Assembly (NCBI GenBank): GCA_964605795.1
Contig: CAZSDZ010000010.1
Span: 1,372 to 65,371 of the forward strand
Direction: 5' to 3'
Source: an uncultured Methanoregulaceae archaeon
GTDB lineage: Archaea; Halobacteriota; Methanomicrobia; Methanomicrobiales; Methanospirillaceae
Length of the DNA stretch: 64,000 bases
Below the pieces are notes generated by a model. The model was not told the origin of the DNA. It saw nothing but the letters and a program-made list of their open reading frames with translations, and made no database searches. The stretch's first letter is position 1. Each line of letters opens with the position of its first letter. Below are positions 59,360 to 64,000 of this stretch, in pieces. A program made the position numbers and the translations under genes.

Positions 59360-59820
59360 GTTCTTGCCTTTTGACCTCTTCTATTATGCATATCCCCGGA
59401 TCAAACCAAAATCCTCTATCTGATGCCGTTTACGAATGGAACCGGGATATAAATCTCCACTCTGTACGATTCCTATCCAATCCTGTATCGTAATATCTGA
59501 TAAACATGACTATCTGTGGTATCGTATGTTCCGGGGCAAAGATAGAGGATGGTATTATCACTCATACAAGATTAATCTCTTCTTCTTGATCTCAGAGGTA
59601 TTTTCGTTTGATCAGATATCGCAGAAATCGCCATTAATGCTCTTTATCCTGAAATTAGGAACGCCTGATCCAGGAGCTGGATTGGAGCGGTATGATACTG
59701 ATATGATAACCAAAACCCGGGCATCTGAAAGGCCGTAATTTATGATTACACTCTGCATGGAAATACTGCCATTGACAAGTTACAAAACTATTTCATCGTT
59801 CAAACAGCAAAGAAGATATC

Positions 59821-60591
59821 ATGAAGAAGAATCCTTTAAAATTACAGCATATGGCCGCATCAGATCCCGGGAACAGATCTTTTGACACGGTGATCCTGCC
59901 GGTTGGTTCTCTTGAGTCCCATGGTCCCCACCTGCCTTTTGGAACAGATGCGTTGACAGCATATCACCTCTCCCTTGAGATTGCAGAAAAAGTACCGGGA
60001 ACGGTTGTGCTTCCGCCGGTGTATTATGGGGTAAGTGAACATTACCGTGATTTCCCGTTTACCATCTCGCTCCGGTTTGAGACCGAAACTGCAATTTTAG
60101 AGGATATTCTGCAGTCCATCTATCGTGAGGGTATCCGGAAGTGTTTCATCATGAATGGTCATGACGGGAACATTGCACCCATTGAGATCGCTTCCCGCAA
60201 GGTGAAGGTAGAGCATCCTGATATCCGAATAGTCTCTCTTGATGCCTGGTGGGATACCGTAATCCCCCTGCTTCCAGATGACTTTTTTGAGGTCTGGCAG
60301 GGACTCGGGCATGGAGGCGAAGGAGAGACATCAATGGCCCTTGCATTATTTCCAGAGTTATGCAAACCAGAGAAGGCAGTCGGTGTTGTCCCTGCCCTGC
60401 CCCGGCATCTTTCTGTCAAGTGGCTTTTTTCTGAACTGACCAACTGCGGGGCTACCGGGGATCCAACAAAGGGTTCACGGGAAAAGGGTCTTTTTATGAA
60501 GCAGATCCTTGTTGATGCCATCGTTGACGAACTGCTCTCTCTTGATGCTTCTGGCTGGGATTATCGCTCTCCTCTGGTCGGAAACAGATGA
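59821..60591 (+). CDS. Creatininase-family amidohydrolase (possibly ArfB-type deformylase)
   Basis: LPVGSLESHGPHLP.GTD and NGHDGN motifs of the creatininase fold. The specific substrate cannot be assigned. Confidence 0.75.
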   Translation: MKKNPLKLQHMAASDPGNRSFDTVILPVGSLESHGPHLPFGTDALTAYHLSLEIAEKVPGTVVLPPVYYGVSEHYRDFPFTISLRFETETAILEDILQSIYREGIRKCFIMNGHDGNIAPIEIASRKVKVEHPDIRIVSLDAWWDTVIPLLPDDFFEVWQGLGHGGEGETSMALALFPELCKPEKAVGVVPALPRHLSVKWLFSELTNCGATGDPTKGSREKGLFMKQILVDAIVDELLSLDASGWDYRSPLVGNR

Positions 60592-60856
60592 GATCACGAG
60601 AGAGTTAATCTACCCTTTTCTGCAGCAAACGAAAAAGTCATCCGCTCCGTCAATAATAACTCCTGATAATCCGGATACTCACATGCTTTCTGTTCATAAG
60701 GATGGGAATGGTTCTCGATTGTTCCCGGCCGGCTGAAAAAAGAACCGTATCAGATTTCCTGATATCTGACTTCATCATTAAAGCCCGGTTGTTCCTGTAA
60801 TCAGTATTCCTTTTGTTACCTTCGTTTTTAGAGAGACGTTTACCTGGATTTGTTTT

Positions 60857-61534
60857 TTACACAATGCCAAGTCTGAAGAGAAGACTCAACAGGTTATACA
60901 GGGCAAAACAAAATACCACGAGAGTAACCGCGAGGAGTGCGATTCTGATGCGGGGTGTTTCCCATTTTGAATAGATGCCACAGAAGAAGAGGACAATTGC
61001 AAACAGAACCGTGTTAAAGATGTACTGGTCCCCGTTCTCATTATCATTTTTCGCACTCAAAAATGCCATTGCTGCCTTATCTTCCAGTTCTTTGCTCTTG
61101 TAAGAATTGGCGATATGATATTGTGTGAGATCAAAAGGAGTCCCGTTGGGAATTATCAGTCCTGATTCCCCTTCCGCCTCTGATATCCATGCCTCAAATG
61201 CCGGTTTGAACTCATCCCTGAACCTCTCTTTCAGGAACGCAGCCCGCTTTTCATCGTGATTACTTACTGCATCCACCCATGAGGTAAAGGCCTGCACATC
61301 AATTATCACTTCGGTATTCGCTAATGTTGCTGCTTTGAGTGACTCTGTCCGGAATGTTGCCGAACTTCCAAAATCGATCGCCTGTATCCCATTCCACCGG
61401 GTTGCCTGGTATACACAGAAGGCAGAAGATAATGTCGCAACAAGGAGGAGAATGGCAAATATTACATCAATTTTTGGAGATTGTCGTTTTGGTAATGATA
61501 ATTTCGTTGGATCTATCATGCAGGAATCACCCAT
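60857..61534 (-). CDS. Hypothetical membrane protein (3 TM)
   Basis: One N-terminal TM helix, a soluble helical domain of about 130 aa, and two C-terminal TM helices. No family recognised. Confidence 0.55.
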   Translation of the reverse strand: MGDSCMIDPTKLSLPKRQSPKIDVIFAILLLVATLSSAFCVYQATRWNGIQAIDFGSSATFRTESLKAATLANTEVIIDVQAFTSWVDAVSNHDEKRAAFLKERFRDEFKPAFEAWISEAEGESGLIIPNGTPFDLTQYHIANSYKSKELEDKAAMAFLSAKNDNENGDQYIFNTVLFAIVLFFCGIYSKWETPRIRIALLAVTLVVFCFALYNLLSLLFRLGIV

Positions 61535-61646
61535 TATCTATCAGGGAATCAGTGTATTACCAGATAAAACTGACTATACGGGATATAATGCTCCCTATCA
61601 GTATTTCATGTTCCATTTTCCCGATCTGCAAATATGGTGTATAATA

Positions 61647-62705
61647 TCATATACCTGTTTTTTCTGTCAGAAGCAGATCCCCTTTCATGACTTTAATCTG
61701 GGTGATGAGCAGTCGATATCCTGAGACCAGAAGTGAAGCAAAGAGCGGTCCTAAAATGATTCCCGCAAGTCCAATCGCTGCAATTGCCCCGATGATTGCT
61801 ATCATCATCATGGGAGCAGGCAACGAGATTCTTTTTCCCATCATCTTTGGTTTTAAGATTGAACCCGGAATAACCATGAAGAGGATATATCCGATGATGA
61901 TAACAGCGATTGCAAGGGTCACATCCCCAAGGGCAAGGGCATAGAGACCGATAAATATCAGAACAAGCAGGGGTCCGATTGTAGGGACCAGTTGTGAAAC
62001 TGCCGCAAGTGTTGCATTCGCGACAACCCCCCCTTTTACTCCTAGGAGAGCAAAGAACGGCAGAGCGATAAGAAAGGTGAGAACGCAGATCTGTAGATTA
62101 ACCACATAGGTTGCATACAGGGTATTTACTACATCGTTCTTTAGTTGCTGGCTCACTCCCTTGAGATGTTCTGGCATTGCAGAGAAGAATTCATCGACAA
62201 GATTCTTGCCCTTTAAGAGAAAAAGGTAGAGACTCAGCATAAAAAACAAGGTATGAACGAGAAAACCAGGAAAGGTGTACGCAATCTGAAAAATTGTATT
62301 TTCGATAAAACCTATTGCAATCGAAGCAGAAGATCCCAATATGCTTCCTTTCATGAAACCCAGATCAGGGAGACTGTGGAGCCAGACAAGAATGGTCTCA
62401 GTCATCTGTACCAGATACCCGGAGGAACTGATAAAAACAGAGACGATAAAGTAGCCAATGACAAGTATCAGCAGAAATGTAATGGCAATGACGATGGTAG
62501 CAGCTTTTTTTTCTGATATATGATTGCATACCCGCTGATAGGGTGAATAGAGAACGATACCAAGTGTTCCTGCAAGGATGATGGTTGATACATATGACCA
62601 GTACAGGTACATTATACCGAGAATGATACAAGATAGAAGAAGAAAAGGAAGAATATTATTCCTGATATGCTGTGAGACCACGGTACTACCCCTCTCTTTA
62701 TGCAA
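61647..62705 (-). CDS. AI-2E family transporter (PerM / UPF0118)
   Basis: About 8 TM helices. The size and C-terminal P..G..IG.P pattern fit the AI-2E family. Confidence 0.7.
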   Translation of the reverse strand: MHKERGSTVVSQHIRNNILPFLLLSCIILGIMYLYWSYVSTIILAGTLGIVLYSPYQRVCNHISEKKAATIVIAITFLLILVIGYFIVSVFISSSGYLVQMTETILVWLHSLPDLGFMKGSILGSSASIAIGFIENTIFQIAYTFPGFLVHTLFFMLSLYLFLLKGKNLVDEFFSAMPEHLKGVSQQLKNDVVNTLYATYVVNLQICVLTFLIALPFFALLGVKGGVVANATLAAVSQLVPTIGPLLVLIFIGLYALALGDVTLAIAVIIIGYILFMVIPGSILKPKMMGKRISLPAPMMMIAIIGAIAAIGLAGIILGPLFASLLVSGYRLLITQIKVMKGDLLLTEKTGI

Positions 62706-63014
62706 TTATCATACAAAAGAGAATATGCACTATTCATAGTATACAACAGTATTGTTCTTTAATTATCCGCTTCGTGAGGATTGGAAAAAGGAACGTTCAG
62801 ACTTTTTTAAATCAGGTTTCCCGTCTGTCTAAATACGATTCCTGTGAATTGGTAATATATTGTGAATAATATTTAGATCCGAATGATGTTTACAAATTCT
62901 CCTGCCCGGGGGATGCATCAATCTCTATAATGCAATGAAAAGATATCATATAACGATAATTGTTCTACCACTCCCTGGTAGATAACCCGGCAACCACTCT
63001 TTATCGTGTGAATT

Positions 63015-63914
63015 ATGACAACAATCGATGATTATCTGCAACCTCTACACAACGGTGTCTGGGAAGTGTTGATACACAAGGATGATATCTCTGAACCTTT
63101 GAGCGATACGTGGGAGAAATCTCCTGTTAATGTTCCAACACCCGGGACCGTTGCAAGTTATCGAAATGGCCAGTATCATGCGCATGAAACCAAAACAGAA
63201 TGGAGGGTTCATCTGGACAGATATGATCCCAAAGTCCATCCTGTGCTTCATCTTATCGATGATGCTCCCCTTTTTCTTATGATCTCAGAGACCATCATAA
63301 CCCTCTTCTCTGAAGCGGTCGGCAGATCAACCCAAACGAAAGAAAAATTGAAAGATCAGGATATCTCTCTGAAAAAGGGATTTCTCTTTGGGTTCATTCT
63401 CATTCTTCTCGGTTCTGTTTTCCTCATATCTCCGGAGGTGATGTATTATGGTATTGTCGGCATCGTACTACCAATCATTGTCATTGGTATCGGTGTACTA
63501 TCAATTATCAGGAGTATCATCCGGTACCCGGGAAAGGTGTCAGACCAGAAAGATCTGATTTATGGAGGATTATTAACAATAGTTGGCATCATTCTGGTAT
63601 GTATCCCCGTGATCTTCTGGAGTATTTTGTTACTGGTAATCCTTTCTATCTGGATGATTTCAAGCGCTTTTATCCTCCTGAACCGGGCCAGGAAGGGCAG
63701 GTCAGCCATTCCTGAAGGGTTTTACAGCAGATTAGTCATTGCTCTCCTCTCAATAATCGTAGTACTAATCCCCTTTATTATACCGGGAATGATGCTTCAT
63801 CTCTTTATGATGATTCTGGGTGTAATCATTATTTTGCTAGGTTGTGCATTGATCTCTGCTTCGTATAATCTAAAGCAGAGATCAAAAATGCATCCGGACG
63901 TGATGTATGAATAA
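63015..63914 (+). CDS. Hypothetical membrane protein (soluble N-domain plus about 6 TM, HdeD/DUF308-like repeats)
   Basis: About 95 aa N-terminal soluble region followed by repeated short TM hairpins (GI.LI..G......P). Confidence 0.55.
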   Translation: MTTIDDYLQPLHNGVWEVLIHKDDISEPLSDTWEKSPVNVPTPGTVASYRNGQYHAHETKTEWRVHLDRYDPKVHPVLHLIDDAPLFLMISETIITLFSEAVGRSTQTKEKLKDQDISLKKGFLFGFILILLGSVFLISPEVMYYGIVGIVLPIIVIGIGVLSIIRSIIRYPGKVSDQKDLIYGGLLTIVGIILVCIPVIFWSILLLVILSIWMISSAFILLNRARKGRSAIPEGFYSRLVIALLSIIVVLIPFIIPGMMLHLFMMILGVIIILLGCALISASYNLKQRSKMHPDVMYE

Positions 63915-64000
63915 TTGAGAGACATCGGTATGCTTAAAAAAGTAAGATTTTTACGATTATCTTTTATAATCTCTTCAATTCATGAATAGATAGGATATCG

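Noticed and set aside
59411-59550. Perfect 11-nt inverted repeat (ATCCTCTATCT at 59411-59421 and AGATAGAGGAT at 59540-59550) in the 460-bp divergent intergenic region.
   Set aside because: By rough estimate, about two such matches are expected by chance in a 64-kb window. There is no extended complementarity around it.
1-64000. CRISPR arrays, IS elements, transposases, integrases, restriction-modification systems, toxin-antitoxin pairs and known defence systems.
   Set aside because: I saw no periodic repeat-spacer pattern. None of the ORF translations carries motifs of these families. The window appears to be core chromosome.

Overview
The window looks like a core chromosomal segment of a methanogenic euryarchaeon. 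By gene content, gene order and roughly 45% GC it is probably Methanomicrobiales-like, but that is an inference and no database search was possible. I can support about 66 protein-coding genes and one tRNA (tRNA-Leu, anticodon UAA). I found no rRNA, CRISPR array, transposase, integrase, prophage or recognisable defence or toxin-antitoxin genes.

Main blocks:
- 568-6698: dtdA, ftsZ, then the conserved archaeal secE-spt5(nusG)-L11-L1-L10(P0)-L12(P1) cluster.
- 6876-17550, minus strand: phosphoesterase, RPA-associated-like OB-fold protein, dcd, TrmJ-like methyltransferase, GGGP synthase, topA, gatB-gatA-gatC, and an AsnB-like gene.
- 17679-23404: tRNA-Leu, a large TPR protein, rfcS and mcm.
- 24988-26496: a methanogenesis-marker-14-like gene behind an unusually long 670-bp intergenic region.
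- 26865-36432, the most accessory-looking part: secreted or anchored proteins including one with a cohesin-like domain, a TPR protein, a four-PAS-plus-CheW fusion, cheR and a lipoprotein.
- 36449-41956: mobA, ogt, xpd, purB and an FKBP.
- 42287-47146: CYTH protein, metallophosphoesterase, B12/radical-SAM protein, membrane-anchored Hjc-like nuclease, and two paralogous lipoproteins flanking a yqhA-like gene.
- 47291-56907: M20 peptidase, moaA, rlmE, pcna-priL, ThiN-like protein, S17e, dapA-dapB-ferredoxin-asd and alba.
- 57106-63914: transporters, a peptidase and membrane proteins.

I do not see a convincing, self-contained novel system, and most of the window is ordinary housekeeping DNA. The leads most worth follow-up are:
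- the PAS-CheW/CheR pair;
- the tightly coupled surface-protein operon with a cohesin-like domain;
- the glutaminase-less AsnB-like gene coupled to gatCAB;
- the CYTH / phosphoesterase / radical-SAM / membrane-nuclease neighbourhood;
- the duplicated lipoprotein pair;
- two short ORFs missing from the 60-aa ORF track: a 57-aa 2x[4Fe-4S] ferredoxin and a 58-aa membrane protein.

All functional calls come from motif recognition by eye and memory of protein families. None was checked by alignment or HMM search.
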